Source: Mytilus californianus (lineage: Eukaryota). Taken from it: 64,000 nucleotides of DNA. Below are positions 12,433 through 26,800 of the stretch, in pieces. Position 1 is the stretch's first letter, and every line of letters starts with the position of its first letter. A program made the translations under genes and the position numbers. Where the stretch lies: contig NW_026262723.1 in assembly GCF_021869535.1 (NCBI RefSeq), positions 17,484,001 to 17,548,000 of the forward strand, written 5' to 3'. The notes under the pieces were generated by a model, which was not told the origin of the DNA, searched no databases, and was given only the letters and a program-made list of their open reading frames with translations.

Positions 12433-13454
12433 GAATTCAGAAGCTCATCCGTTGTTTTTTCTAGTCGTCGAAGCGAAACCCCTCTGTTTGAAAAAAGAAA
12501 TCAACATAATTATGTCCATACCTAAACTTCTAGTATGTGGCCGAGATGTTTCTTGCATACTTAAGATATGTATGTCCTTGAGCTTGTGTGAAATGTTAGT
12601 TATTAATGCTTTTAAGATATGCAGAATGTAACAACGTGTATTAATTAACAATAGATTGACCCATCAATCAATCAACACGTTGAAGATGAACAAAGAAATG
12701 ACTAAACTCTTCACCTTTATGAACGTGCAGAGATGCAGTGTTATTAGTATGATAATCTACTTCAAAAGCAATAACATTTTCCCAAAATAACCACTTAGCG
12801 GCTTCAATATTTCTATTTTATGCTATATGCACACAGACATATAATAATAATTGCATTTTTCTTCAGTAAAATGGACATACTAATTTGGACACCAGAGGAA
12901 TCCACACGGGAATAATGATTACCACTTAGTTTGATTCTACATTAAAATATACATAAAGATCTGAATTCTACTTGATTGGGTGCTAAAATGACGACTGTTA
13001 GTTTTCTTGTCCGTTTTAGTCTATTATTAGATGATATTACGTTACAGTCCATGAAATGCTTTGGATATTTCATACAGATCTGAACTCCATTAGATTTTAC
13101 ATAGAAATTACCATATTTAATTTGAATTCCTTTTGATAGTGAACTTAAAAATATGGAATGAATATAAAGGAAATTGTTTATATGTTAAAGAGTCAGCAAC
13201 CACACAGCACAAAAGCATCAAAAGTAATATAGCCTCGAAAATATGGTCTTCAGTAATGGAAAATCTTCGACGCAGTAGGTAAAGCATTAAACGCGCTTAG
13301 ATCAGCTAAATTGTGAAAAGATTCAATTACCTAAGATCTGTACCAGCACCGAGTTTTTAAACGGACATGAAATATAATAAAAAAAAAGTCTGGAAGTGAC
13401 GGGTTCCTGACTTTGATCAGAACCATTAACATATGGTGCGAATAAAAACATCAA

Positions 13455-13620
13455 AGATACCAGGATTATGATAAAAATACACTAAAGACTCATCAGTGGC
13501 GCTCGAACCAAAACATGTGGAGAACAACATCAAGTACTCTGAATCAAATTTTCAAAAAGTTTTTCAAACTTTTGTGAAGCTATCTAGCCTTGGGGTAGAA
13601 AAATTTCAGTATTTTGAAAT
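13455..13620 (-). repeat. Hammerhead-family repeat relic (partial)
   Basis: GATACCAGGATT...AAGACTCATCAGTGGCGCTCGAA. The minus strand keeps CTGATGAGTC, but the GAAA/stem III part is missing. Confidence 0.5.
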
Positions 13621-14204
13621 ATATTAGCATTTTATGAACCGATAATTTACAGAAAAGACCGCAATTATTTTGTCAGTACTCAATTCCCCCAATTTAAATA
13701 TTGATCAGTGAAAAAACTAACAAAATAACAGAAAAATATACGGTCAATAAAATCCGTTCAGAACACGAACATTACTCTATATATTCGCTATTACAAACGG
13801 CAAAATCGGGTTCAAATAGGACCATAAAACATGGTCTATATTGTTTTCATAATTTGTCTACTCTTTTATTACGCACATGGGGGGGGGGCATATGCTTGCC
13901 TCCCCATGTCGCTAAATTTATATTTGCTTAAGAACTAATAAAAACACATTCACGTGTATTCAGAAGAGACAGATTACATCACATGACAAATTGGATCATT
14001 AAACAATGGCACACAACTCTCACGACTTTACTACATTACACACACGACGATACATGTATATAACAGTATTTTCCATCTTTTTTGATAATATCTACTTTCT
14101 TTTAAACCATTGGCTATATTCTAATTTATACTTCTCATACTTCGCTGAATATATTGATATTTAATTGTGTATTGCCATGTGTATTTGTGCAAAAGAGCCT
14201 TTAA

Positions 14205-14408
14205 TAAAAGAGGGACGAAAGATTCCAGAGGGACAGTCAAACTCATAGATCGAAAACAAACTGACAACGCCATGGCCAAAAATAAAAAGACAAACAGACA
14301 AATAATAGTACAGATGACACAACATTTACGAAGGAATGATTTCAACTTCACCATTTGGAACTCTTAGTTTAATAGCTTCCTTGTTAGCAGCAATCCTCTA
14401 TCAAGGAA
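14205..14408 (-). mobile_element. PLE 3' fragment (family C) with internal deletion
   Basis: Matches 44525-44640, then jumps directly to the equivalent of ~44900-44978. The minus strand encodes the end of the RT thumb, RGLLLTRKLLN-like. Confidence 0.8.
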
Positions 14409-17400
14409 ATCATAGCTCTATCAAGAAAATCATATAAATGACTACAGTTTTATGAAATTGTTCAAAAATTACGAGTTAACTTGATGGCAATGATAAATGG
14501 TATGTAAATTTGTTTGCAAATTTGACCCATCACGCTCCTATCTTTACAAAGTTCCCTTGTAACTCTTGAAAGGGTCCTTTATAGGAGAGTTAAAAACCGT
14601 TAACGTCGCCTAAAGGATTGCAATGTTAGTGTTAGTTCAATTACATGATTTTATAAACTGAAATTTACAAACAAAATGTGTTTTCTTAATTCATGTCTAC
14701 ACCAACGCACTCGTTACACTGTGAATAACATTACCGTTTTTATAATAATCAATAAATTCGAGTTCAAAGACTATCTTTAGAAGTAAAGTGTTTTGCATTA
14801 TAGATAAATTGGTAAATGGGACAGGTTTATTTATCCGAGATTAACATAATGAAGTTTTCTAAATAATGATAAACAATGCGTCTTGCAGAATTCCCAACTG
14901 AACCATGGTAGTTATAATTCAATGATCAGCAAACAAATATTGGAAAACATAACATTACAAATGCTTAGCAATCTTCAAAGACATTTTGCCGCAAGATCTT
15001 GCTGTAGTTATGCATACCTATAAAAGTCAGGTCTTTCATCTCCAGATAGTCATTAGGTGTAATAGACATAACACAATGTTTATATAGATTATGTAAATTG
15101 TAGCAATCAATTTAAAAAACATAAACTTTACGTGGAGAGTCGTTCATGTGGTCTCCAACCCCATCCATGTAATAAATTAGTGGTATTATATCATGGCGGT
15201 ATGCTTGATGAGTTTATGTGTATGCTAATAGACACAATATTTAAACAGATATGCCTATGACAAGTGAAGGAAAAGCAAACTGAAAATAGTCAGCCAGAAA
15301 TTTTGACATATGAAAAAGAAATGAACTGGGAACATGTGCAGTTGGTCATGAAGTGTTTAGAGAAAGAGGTTTCCTTTTGACAAATCACCAACGTTCAGTA
15401 GAAAGACACATTTTCATCATAGACGACAATATTATCTTGGCGTCTTATTCATCGTGCGTTTTATATTATGCCCTTTCGTTTTGGAGAAAAACATCATTGG
15501 TTCCAGTGAAAACGTACTAGAATTGAGTGCAAAATTTATAATATATATGTTTTGAAACAGGACAAATACAATATTAGTTTTGACAGATTGTCTATTTATC
15601 TAAGCACAATTTACGACTTTTGCATAACATTGCAAAATATCTTTTGGCATCTCAATTCAACGTTACATAATGGTGTAAATGAATGACTATGCACGGTTCT
15701 AGACACTATTGTGCAAATTTTGTCCAAATAACATACTGTTGTCTTCTGGAATCGAAAAATTGCACATGACAAATCCACTCTCAGTGATGGTTGGGAGATA
15801 TAATTGATAAGATCTTTATAAGGCATATACTATCTATATATAATACATCATAATATGGTCTATTTCACATTATCAATTTTAAGTACTACCTTATTTTTAA
15901 TAGCAAATTATGCAACTTGTTGGATACAATTTTTTTAAAAGCAGTACCACACCACAAATAAAGAGGATAGTCTCATATACACTAAATGGTTATGATGAGT
16001 TGATAAAATGTCAATACAGAATTGGTACAAGAAAAGGAGATATGGCACAAATGCCAAAGACAAATATCGACTGAAAACTTATGTTAAAGTGACTATCTAA
16101 GCATTTTCATATGATCCTCAACAGTTGGAAAAAGAATCATATTTTAAGGTACAATGTAAGTTATAGAAGGATCCAGGTAAACCAGACAAATCAGTCAACA
16201 TAGAAACGAAATTAATGAGGTCAACAAATATCATTGGTTTTTTATTGGACACTAGTACAAAAATATATGGTATGATTAAATATGTGTTTATGCACTCAAC
16301 CTCTCCCGATAACGTACAACAAAGTAAGATATCAACTATAACATTATGCGGGTAAACAAAACAGACCTATTCAAATTTGTTCCATGCGTTAACTTCAGTA
16401 TCAATGGTTTCAAAGATCCAACTTGAATAAGAAAACTAGTTGAAGAAAATTTAAACGTAAGCCTTACTGCAAGCTTTCTAAGATGTATATGATTTGTAAC
16501 TACAAATTTGGACCTGTTATTAAGTTTTCAATAATTGCAGAGATCCAGCAATCACTTATAAAGTAACTTCACAATGAAACGTCTACTAGTCTTTGATTTG
16601 ATAGCGGTATAAATCGTCTAAACCCAAAACGCCAAGTCTTGATTCAAAATTTTCAGATTTTGCCTTCGGCAAATTAAGTAATGTTTAGAAAGTTTTTTTC
16701 AGGATAAACATTATCTATTGTTTAACACAAATAGCAACAACTACTAATCACTCTGAAAACAGACCAAATGAATCTTAGTTATCTACAAACTAAAGTATCT
16801 GATTAGTCCTTAAATTGACGCTATTAACATACATGCATAAAACTTAAAACTGAATATTAGTAAATAAAGATTTTTTTTTCCAGTCATGACAGACAGGTTC
16901 AGACCGAATAACCGCGTTTTTATAAACGTTTACTACTAGTATTTATAAATAAATAGATATACATATGTATCTAGGAGAGACTGATCATAAACCAAGGGAA
17001 TCATCTTTTGACAGTAACCTCACTAATTAGGAATAAACCTCCAGATACAGTTGGTCTTAACCTGCTGATAACTAATTTCAAAGAAAATAACAAGCGCTTA
17101 ATTTATAGTTCTCCTGATAAGTTTTATTAACCAAATATATAAATACTCATCAAAAGGCTGACATGCAACCAATTACATCTACATGCAGTTGGATGTGCAC
17201 TCACATAAAATATGCTTGTTAAGTTTCTTGTAGAGGGTTGATAATTGAATGCCTAATCACAATAATTGTATTAACATGTTTCGTACTTAATAATCTTGCA
17301 ATTACCAGAGCCTCTGCAAGACTTCACAGTGTGTTAGGATTATAAATCAAACATAAAATACATATATATAATTCAATATATGCATATATGTCCCACTCAT

Positions 17401-19009
17401 TGAACTTAGAATTTTGAGTTTAAATACTACTACTGGATTGGTGCAGCTGCTGATGGACAATTAGTTACCCAGAATGTCAGCTTTATTTGGTATTATTCAG
17501 AAGTATCTGCATATAGTCTGTCTTATTAGCATAAAGCAGTATTTACTTGTCGATAATTGCGCATATAGTGCAGTAATATTGGTACCGTTTATTGTCTTAC
17601 TAGGGATGCCACTTCGTCAGAAACAAAATTAACCTAAGACGATCAATAATGTCCTGATTACACCATTTTTGGTTGTAATGCTCTTAAATGCTTTGTGCAG
17701 TTTAAACTAATATCATTTGTGATATCTCTCTTCAATTATTGATAGAGACTCATTAATAGAAAAATGTTACTACGTCTGCTCTGTATCAATTTTACATCAT
17801 TTATGAATGTCGACATCGGTAAAATAATTATATCTATTACTTCTATGTAAATCAAATAAATTGTTCTCTAATCTATTCTCGGTCAATGAGAATGAATGTG
17901 ATAAAACAGCCTAGATAAAAATCATAGTTACTAGTGTTATTTCGAAATCAGTCCACATCATTTAATACGGTTTTGTTTGTTATAGCTCTGTTTGTATTGT
18001 CTGTATCTGTTTAATCCCACTTATCGAGATTAAGAAGGGAAAGGGTTGAGGTCTAAAAAAACCAGTTCAACCCCACTAAATTGTATTTTCCTCTTATAAG
18101 TCGGTAACCTCGTCAGTGACTAAATTTTCCATTTCGTAATTTTTTTGACATTTTGAGAATTTAGTTATGACCGTTTATAGTCTCTGATAAATTTATTTAT
18201 TTCCTTCTCAGTTTCGGGCGATTTAGAGCTAGGCATACTAAAAAGGCAACTGTCTATTGTTAAAACCCGTACTGTCTTCTTGACGTTTATCACAAATTTC
18301 CTTTTATTGTTATCACTTAAAGAGTGAGTGCCTATTCCTTAAGCACTAAAACTGCATCTAAACGTTTTTAATATCTCCCCGTTAAACTTAAAGTTATCAT
18401 CTTTATGTAGGTGTAAGAAACTATGTACATTATGGAAATTATCAAGGTAATTCTTATGTGCATTAAATACAATTTTTATTTATCAAAACATAAAATGCCA
18501 TTCAGTATACATACATTGACGTAGGTGGTACATCTATTATAATAATACAACATTTTTTCTGTCTATCTAAAAAGGACTGCTCACACCAGGATTTCATTTA
18601 AATGGAATTTAATACCATGCATTTATCATGATTTATCACAAAATAAGGTCAAATTGCTGAAAGACCCCCTCCTAAGTTATCGAAAGCATTTTGCATAAAC
18701 CATAGAATCATGATTTCAATTAAACGCACATTATCGGACTAACGCCCTCATGGGTGTATCTTATAAGTATACTGTGTTCCTTTTAATCGCATAATCACAA
18801 TATATCTACTGAAAAAATAGCATGCAAAATTTCTGTAATCAGAGAGTGCCTAAATTGACGCCCTTTTATCAAACATGTTTTTTAAAGATTTTGAGAGATC
18901 CTTTTATCAATTGACCTTGTAATCAAATAATCAAAATTGCTATGGGGACATGTCAATCAAAACATATATATATTTGTTTAATATATACTAAATGCAATGG
19001 TAAATGAAC

Positions 19010-19215
19010 TCGTCATAGATACCAAGATTGACATTTTGTACTCCTGAAGCGAGTTTTGTCTTCAAAAGACGTATTAGTGACACTCGAATCAAAAAACTTA
19101 AAAAGGCCAAATAAAGTACGAAGTTGAAGAGCATTGAGGACCCAAAATTCCTAAAAATTTTGCCAAATATAGCTAAGGTAATCTATTTCTTGGGTAGACA
19201 ATCCTTAGTTTATTA
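19010..19215 (-). repeat. Hammerhead-family repeat relic (catalytic core mutated)
   Basis: Minus strand gtca-CTAATAC-gtctt ttg aagac-AAAA-ctcgc-TTC at ~19045-19083. Same downstream flank (AAAGTACGAAGTTGAAGAGCATTGAGG) as the array unit at ~190-230. Confidence 0.55.
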
Positions 19216-19352
19216 CGCATTCAAACATACCGCTTAGTAAGGTATCCTTTTTATGTTAATGACTAGTACAATGTCTTTATAAATTATCTATGTACAATGT
19301 ATTATGTTTACAACATAATGAATAAAACGTAAATAGAACCCATTAGATACAG

Positions 19353-20313
19353 TAAACAAGAGTACACACTGTGAAATATCTCGCCTGTTTTACTAACCAT
19401 GATTGATTTTATTTCAAAGTCTTAGAGATAGAGGTATTTCACTACAACTATCACATACAATTGACATTATCAATGATCCATACGATGAGGTGTAGGTCAA
19501 ATAAACCATGTCAAACATGTGCACCTTACAATCTTTACATACACCAAGTATTTCTTATAGTATCCAAGAATCAGACCAGATCATAAAAACTTAACCTTGA
19601 CCAATGAACCATGAAAATAGTTCAAGGTCAGATGATACATGAAAGACCGATGAGCCATAAAAATGAAGTCAAGGTCAAATGAAACATATCAGACAAACAC
19701 GTACACCTTAAAATCATTCCATTTATCAAATATAGTTGGCCTATTGTTTATAATATCTGAGGAGAGGACCAAACTAGGAAACTTAACATTGAGCAATGAA
19801 ATATGAAAATGAAAACAATGACAGATGATTCATACAAGACAGACATGTACACCTTTCAATCAGTCCATACACCATGTAAAGTTGATCTGTTGCTTAATGT
19901 ATTTGAAAAACAGATCAAAACACAAAAACTTAACACTGACCAATGCACCATTGAATGAGGTCAGGCTCAGATGAAACCTGCCAGACTGACATGCGCACCT
20001 TACAATCATTCCATATACCACATAGAGTTGACCTACTGCTTATTGTAACTGAGAAAATGACCTTATCGCGTAACTTTAACATTGAACACTTATCCATGAA
20101 ATCAGGTCGTAGTCAGGAGAACCCATCTCAATATCTATCTACCAAATATAGGTCAAGGACAATGGACATATGACTGACGGAAATACCGTAACCTCCAGGT
20201 CTTGTACCCTCTGAAATAAATAGTTTTATACAAATAGTTTACGCGGTTGACGCCGCCGGATTGTAATTTCTATGTCTCGCATACTCTGACTTTCGTGGCA
20301 AGGGAGACAAAAA
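19353..20313 (+). mobile_element. Helentron/pearl-like HINE with ~146-bp tandem cores
   Basis: AAACAAGAG 5' start, cores anchored by ACCTT(A/T)(C/A)AATC at ~19524, 19705, 19851 and 19997, 3' hairpin TGTCTCGC...GGGAGACA followed by an A-run. Confidence 0.75.
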
Positions 20314-21769
20314 TTATTGGTAATATATATTGGAAGGGTTAGGGTTGTGGACTTACAAATTAATTTACCTTTGCAATATTTGTATATTCATGTTCAAAGT
20401 CAGGAACCTAGTCAGTGGCTGTCTATATCTACATGCTTTTGTCCTTTAATGAATTTATGACAGTTCTTGGAAGGCTGTGTTGAATTTATTCATAACTTTT
20501 CTATATTCGGAGCGATAAGGATCTTGTCATTTTGTGAAGACATTTGTTTTATGTTGGAGCTCATTGTGCAAACAATATCTTTGTCATTCCTCGACCATGA
20601 AATGTAGAATAAGTTGAATAAGGATAAGACGATGCTGGTCATAATTGTACTAGAAATGAAGACGATATTGCCAAAATTAAATTGACCATTAGTTCTTTAA
20701 AAAGATGTCTTGAACAGAACTTTTACAAATCTTGACTCGAACAAGAAAACGTATATCTGATATCCCAAGTTATTGAAGAACATGAAAACAAACGTACTGT
20801 TGACGAGGTTACATGAGTACATGCCTTGGTGACAATCGTTTCGGGTATACAAAAAAGAATTACGAACAAAGTCATGATAAGACGTCATCATACTACAAAT
20901 ATCAATAGATCCTTATCCAAGAAAGCGTCACTATTTCTAAACCAACAATCTGCAGTATTATTGCATTTTCTCTTTACTGTAGTCCCGCATATGTTTGAAT
21001 CACTATTACATAATTTTTTGAACGACATTCCGCCTTCCAACAGTCTGGAATGTTAATGGAAAAAAGAAGCCAGCTGATAGTGTTTGACATTTACAAATAC
21101 CTCTGGCGACGTTATTTAGACCTTACGCCGCTAAAAATAATTTTCCAGAAAATAGGTTTAATGGAAATAATGGTTCTATATAGTTTTATACAAGCGTTAT
21201 TTAATTGTATAGATATTAGATAAAACAGCCATTTCCAGTTCAAATTTCATATTTTAATCCTGTTTCAAAATCCTTTATAAATTGTTGGTTATTTTTCAAA
21301 GCGTTTGATAGCTACACGACATATACAAAAATGTATGATAACATAATGTGTTTGAACCCGCCTCATATTTAGACGTAATTGTCCAAAGTCAAGAGCCTCG
21401 TCGACGATAGTGTTTTGTATTTTGGATAGTTTTGTCTTGATTGCAGATCTTTGGTAGTTTCTATTAACTTTATTTGCAACTTCTAGAGACTCGGGAGCTA
21501 ATCATTCTGCATAGAAACCTGTCAATTACTGAAGACAGTAGGTGTCTCCCAGTAGATTTCGGGATATTCTTCTCATTGGAGTATACCCAACATCTCTTTT
21601 TATTCTTACTCACATTGATTCACAGTGATCTACCATGCGCAGTTTTCTTCACAGCATATTTAGTTAACATGTTCCTTTTTACAAAATTTACCATTTCCCC
21701 ATTTACTATTCCCAACTGAACCGTAGAAAATATATTATTCAATATTTCCCTTTCTTCGTTCCATGATGT

Positions 21770-22370
21770 TTTCCTCAATATTGACACAAATGGACGACTT
21801 CAAACTACAATCTATGGCAAACGTAATCATTTCATCTTTACAATTGTTAACTTTCCATTTCTAAGTTGCAACATACCATCTGACTCATGGTAAGACGTTT
21901 ACATACCTTAATTAATACGTCATGTTCATTCATGTTCACTGACTTCATTAAGAAGGGGGTGTATCCCTCATAAAAACTGTTCCAACAGATATAGGAGGAA
22001 AAACGGCTGATATTGACACTACATAGGTTTTATTGTAACCATTACGAATTGGTTGACCGATACCATGTGTCTGCGTCTCAACTCACTTGAAATATGATTT
22101 TCGCGGTTTTTAGATATATAGTCGTCTGATTTGTAATAATACCGATTGATACCTATCCCGATCGTGTGTTTTTGACTGAGTATGAACGTGAATTCGCATG
22201 GCACACATAACAGGGGACATTTACCCCGTCGACTCTTCGGTCCTTTACCCTGTCGACTCTTCGGTCCTTGTCGTGTTCATCCGATTCTCTAAGATTTTGT
22301 TTGTTACTTTGGGTTGTATCTTCGTAATCGGTTTATAAGATTTGAACATCAGTAATCTATTGTTGCCTAA
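21770..22370 (+). mobile_element. Degenerate PLE RT-thumb fragment plus 3' tail
   Basis: Translates as NIDTNGRLQTTIYGKRNHFIFTIVNFPFLSCNIP and later HRFYCNHYELVDRY, matching the PLE YDKRDDFxFxIVNFPF and FYGRHHELVDRY motifs, with stops. Confidence 0.75.
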
Positions 22371-23671
22371 AGAAATAAAAATGATAACTAATGAGTTTCA
22401 ACCATTCAAAATTCTCTATGTCACAAGTTTATTTGAGTTTTGGATAAAACTTTGTGAAATATACAAGTCTGAATTATTTCTTCACACCGTTCACCTACAC
22501 AATACGTCATTACACTGTTAAGAAAATACCATTACTTCATACACGTGTGATTAGGAATTTTACATCTAGTAAAGCCTGTACCTTGCTTTTCGATACTGGA
22601 CTTAGTTGTTTCAACAACAATATGGAACAAAGCCTTTTTGAAATCGCAACATAATTATACACACTATAGAGATTGTCACTCTGAATAATGTATCTTGGTA
22701 TTTGAACGTGTCATACTCTTTTGTATAGTTATTTCTTTTTCAACATACTGATACTATGCTTTCATTACATAAATAATAATTATTTTGTATAGAGGTTGCA
22801 CTTTATAAATACAGCTGTTTCACAAACCACGCCTCTTTTAGGGAGATATATACAATTCATAGATATTTTGTTTTGTTTACCTACTGGTTCCCGGATATGA
22901 TCTCTATGTTTCATCTCATAGAGACATAACTTGGGAATGTTACCAGTATAAATACACATGGATAGCGGCTAAATTGAATTCTGAGAAAGACCCAAAGTAA
23001 AGGGAGGGGTAGTACAATTTTTTTTTAAAAAGTTTAAACTCTAAGAAGTTTGAGGCATATAAATATTGAAAATATGCCGCACATCCCTATATTTTGACCT
23101 TTGGAAAAAATAGTAGACGTGCATATGAACTTTCCATTCTAGGATATAATTTTTAACGAAACTTCATAGTAAAAGTTGCAATGTGTTGCCTTTGGTCCAT
23201 TAATCTGTCTATATATTTTGTGTAATTATATTCACGATTAGGTTATATTTTCCGGAGTTAAATCTGGACATCACCGTACAACTTTCTTATTTTTGCCGTA
23301 GCCTCGCATCCGTCTTTTGCAAATCAATCTTGCCACGTCACATCACTGGACAAAGGACTGTCGCAGGATTCATTCTTGATCGCAATTTGTGGCTAACCAC
23401 AGCGTCAGTAACATTTGAAATATGATATGTGATGCCTTCAAACTGCCTGTGATATATGTTAACTGTTTAAACGAGTCTTAGTATAAATTTAACTTTTTTT
23501 ATATTGGGAGTATTTCATTGCTATATTCTGGACTACACCGTATCGGAGCATTGACTTGTTTCATTCCGGAGTACGCCGTTACTCCATACCGGATGATTTA
23601 TTAACTTTAATAAGTATTTGATTCATTGTAAAATTGTACTTTATTTTGTATTTTCAGTTATTTACCACTTT

Positions 23672-24846
23672 TGGATTGGTGATAGAATTGAAGTCAGCAC
23701 CTGATTGTTTTATCTCTTAGTAAACCCAATCACCTGGTTTAAACTGATTGGTCGAGCCAGCACAGTAAATAAGCTACAACTTGCCTGTTGTGTATCACAG
23801 AATACGTCACTTTGCGTCAGTGAAAACGCCTACAACCAGACATCGGCATTGATAACAACCTGTCTACACATTTACTGAACAGGAAATACAACGAAGCATC
23901 GTTCGTAGCTGTAACCCTGACACTACGCAACACAGCTTGTCTGTCCCAGTTAACAAGACAACGTGATGAGATTGGGCCAACGTTGGCAACAGCTTAATTT
24001 CAACCTGACTATCCGTTAGATGATTAGAAAACATGGATTCTGATCACGCAGAACACCGATCGTCAAGAAACAGAACTCCAAGCAGAAGCGGAAGTTCCAA
24101 TGGATGCTGGACAGCCTGTCGAAAATTCGTCTAATGTTTCACGTTTAGAGGACAATCTCGAGAGAGACTAGGCGAATACGTGACCTCACGGAAAAAGGTC
24201 AGGGATCATTCACAGATAAACGTGACAAGTTCTGTCAGGAGCTAGAGGCCCTCTGGTCAGATTAAGAGTTCGATTTATTGGAAGTGACCACGCCTCCTAA
24301 CGAGCTCCAGCAACTGCTAACAGCACAAGACAAAATTGTACAAGCCTGTACTAATTATCGCAGGCTCATAGACGACTACCTGAAATTAACGGTAACTAGC
24401 ATACAAAATCAAGCCGTTTCAGAGAAGATCCATGTTGCACACCAAAAACAGGGTATTGCACACCAACCAAAACCTGTAGTTCAACCGTTCAACCAACGGA
24501 TAACAACTAATATATCAACCCGACATCGGAGATAACCAGATTTCTCATTCTTAAGGACCTGCTGTTCTCCCGGTAGACACACTTTAACGACCGGGCAGAA
24601 TCATTCCATACATTGAAAGCTAGCTTCAAAAACGTCATAGACGAATTACAAGTTTCAGACTTGGAACAGATAGACCTACTGATTCAGTGGCTAGGACCAG
24701 AGTTTACTAGACACGCCATTAGCATAAGAGCGTCGAACGCCAACAATTACTTATGGATTGGTGATAGAATAAAAGTCAGCACCTGATTGTTTTATCTCTT
24801 AGTAAACCCAATAACCTGGTTTAAACTGACTGGTCGAGCCATCACA
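23672..24846 (+). mobile_element. BEL/Pao LTR retrotransposon relic (5' gag only) bounded by a 93-bp direct repeat
   Basis: Broken ORF ~24033-24750 includes RRIRDLTEKG and LLFSR*THFNDRAESFHTLKASFKNVIDELQVSDLEQIDLLIQWLGPEFTRHAISIRASN, a DUF1759-type BEL/Pao Gag. Direct repeats lie at 23672-23764 and 24754-24846. Confidence 0.75.
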
Positions 24847-25310
24847 CTCAGTTTAAGCCGTAAAAGAAGTTCCGATGGGAAATTGCATTGTCTATATTTA
24901 CAGAAGTGCAACCTTGAGACAATTCAATGCAAATTGAACTAGGTGAAAGTCTATCACAATACCTTTGATTCAAATAGTATTTCTAAGTAGAACGTCTATT
25001 CAATGGAACGGTAATTTTAATTTTATGGTTAACTAATATGAAAGAGATATAATGCTACAAATATAATACTTGAATGTTTACTCTTTTAAGACCTTACATC
25101 GATATTTGCGCATCTGCGACACCTGACCCATCATTTTGCGACACTTAAACGATTGATGTCATACAAAAGTCACTTGTGTTTTATGACGTCAGATGTTTGC
25201 ATTAGTTACAGCAAAAATTTCGAGAACGTCTGTAATTTCTTATAATAAATAACAATAGGGATAAGGTGTTTTAGTCGAAATGTCAAAATTAGGAACAGGA
25301 AAATATCAGT

Positions 25311-26298
25311 AAAACAAGCATTCTGAGAGTATTGCATGGCAATACATATACCCTACCAGGTAAAAATTCATTATACTGGAAGAAAAAGCTAACTTGTTCT
25401 ATAACTTGTCATGGTGTAAACAGAAAGAAAATATCAAGTCAATATCTTCAAGCATGACAAAAAAAAGTGTGGAAAACTGATTAAATGAGTGAATTTTTCA
25501 AGTCCAAGGACCATAATTCTGCTCAAAATTATCAGACCGAAACAAAATTTCCAACTTGATCTGTATAACTTGTCATGATAAAACTATATACCAATTATCA
25601 ATCAAATCTTTAAGCATGATGAAAAAAGTGTGGAAAACACTTTAACATTAGATATGATTAATAGTTCTCTAAAAATTACATATGATGTAATACAGTGTAT
25701 ATCTATTTTCAAATTATAATCAAATATAATTAATAGTTCCAAATATTTTTTATTTTATTTGTCACAATCTTATATAGATTTGTAACTTGTCTATAAAATG
25801 TCAACAATTTTTATCTACACAATGTAATGTAATAAATACATTAATAAAAATAGATTATTATCTAATTAAAGGATTTCACTTCATAATTTTTTTTATATAT
25901 ATATAGCATTCAAATAATTAGTTTATACAAAATAACAAAACAACCTGTCAAAACATTCTTCAAATAATTTACCAAAGAATGTCTTTTAAAAAAATGAGTT
26001 ATCTCCCTTTGTACAGAAATATGGTTCAACATAGTACTCTAACATTAGATATGGTCTAGAGTTATGGTCCATAACTTTGGACTAAATGATCAGACCGGAA
26101 CAAAATTCAAACTTGATCTATAACTTGTCATGGCAAAACTATATACCAAATATCATATCAATATCTTCAAGAACTAAGAAAAAAGTGTGGAAAACTGATT
26201 AGCCGGACTGATGGATGGACAGACGGACGGACGGACGGACAGACAGACGGACAGAGTGCAAACCTAAAGTCCCCTTCGACTTCGTCGGTAGGGGACTA
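25311..26298 (+). mobile_element. Helentron/pearl-like HINE interrupted by an AT-rich segment
   Basis: AAACAAG 5' start, repeated core (AACTTGATCT..TAACTTGTCATG...AAAAAAGTGTGGAAAA), (GACG/GACA)n at 26216-26252, 3' palindrome AGTCCCCT...AGGGGACT. The unrelated segment ~25640-26050 is flanked by AACATTAGATATG twice. Confidence 0.8.
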
Positions 26299-26631
26299 AT
26301 TATAGATAGGCACCACTGTCAAACATTGTCCTTGAAAACGACATCATTTTCTTATTTGCTGTATATGATTGAGTTCGATTTTTTTCAGCTAGTTTGTATT
26401 AACGCATGTATTACTTTACTTCAATCATTTCATTTTCAAAAATTGATGTTAATAAAAACTTTGGTACAAGTGCATTTGCCACAATCAATATAAATTGTCC
26501 TTGCCACTTAAATGTATCGTGAAAGAGAGTTCAACTGAAGAGCAACCGTAACTGTAGTTCTTAATGGATGGGTGACCGTTCGTAAAGTGCATAGTTCAAA
26601 GGGAAATTGTGGTCGTTTATAACACCTTACT

Positions 26632-26800
26632 TTTTATGGAGCATGGGTCTGTTTGATTTGATTAATGACATATCGCCAATGCATCCATCCCCTATACTGA
26701 CTGGTATCATTAGTTATTTTATGGAGCATGGGTCTGTTCGATTTGATTAATGAAACATCACCATTGCATCAATCCCCCTATAATAACTGGTAACATTAAT
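26632..26800. repeat. ~85-bp tandem doublet
   Basis: TTTTTATGGAGCATGGGTCTGTT..GATTTGATTAATGA...ATCCCCTATA..ACTGGTA occurs twice in tandem. Confidence 0.85.

Noticed and set aside
15132-15380. Protein-like plus-strand frame (LVVLYHGGMLDEF...MNWEHVQLVMKC)
   Set aside because: It is interrupted by stops, has no convincing splice sites, and I do not recognise a family.
20640-21720. Coding-looking stretches and ORFs 20826-21056 and 21474-21719
   Set aside because: No recognisable motif in any frame I translated; may be old TE debris but unsupported.
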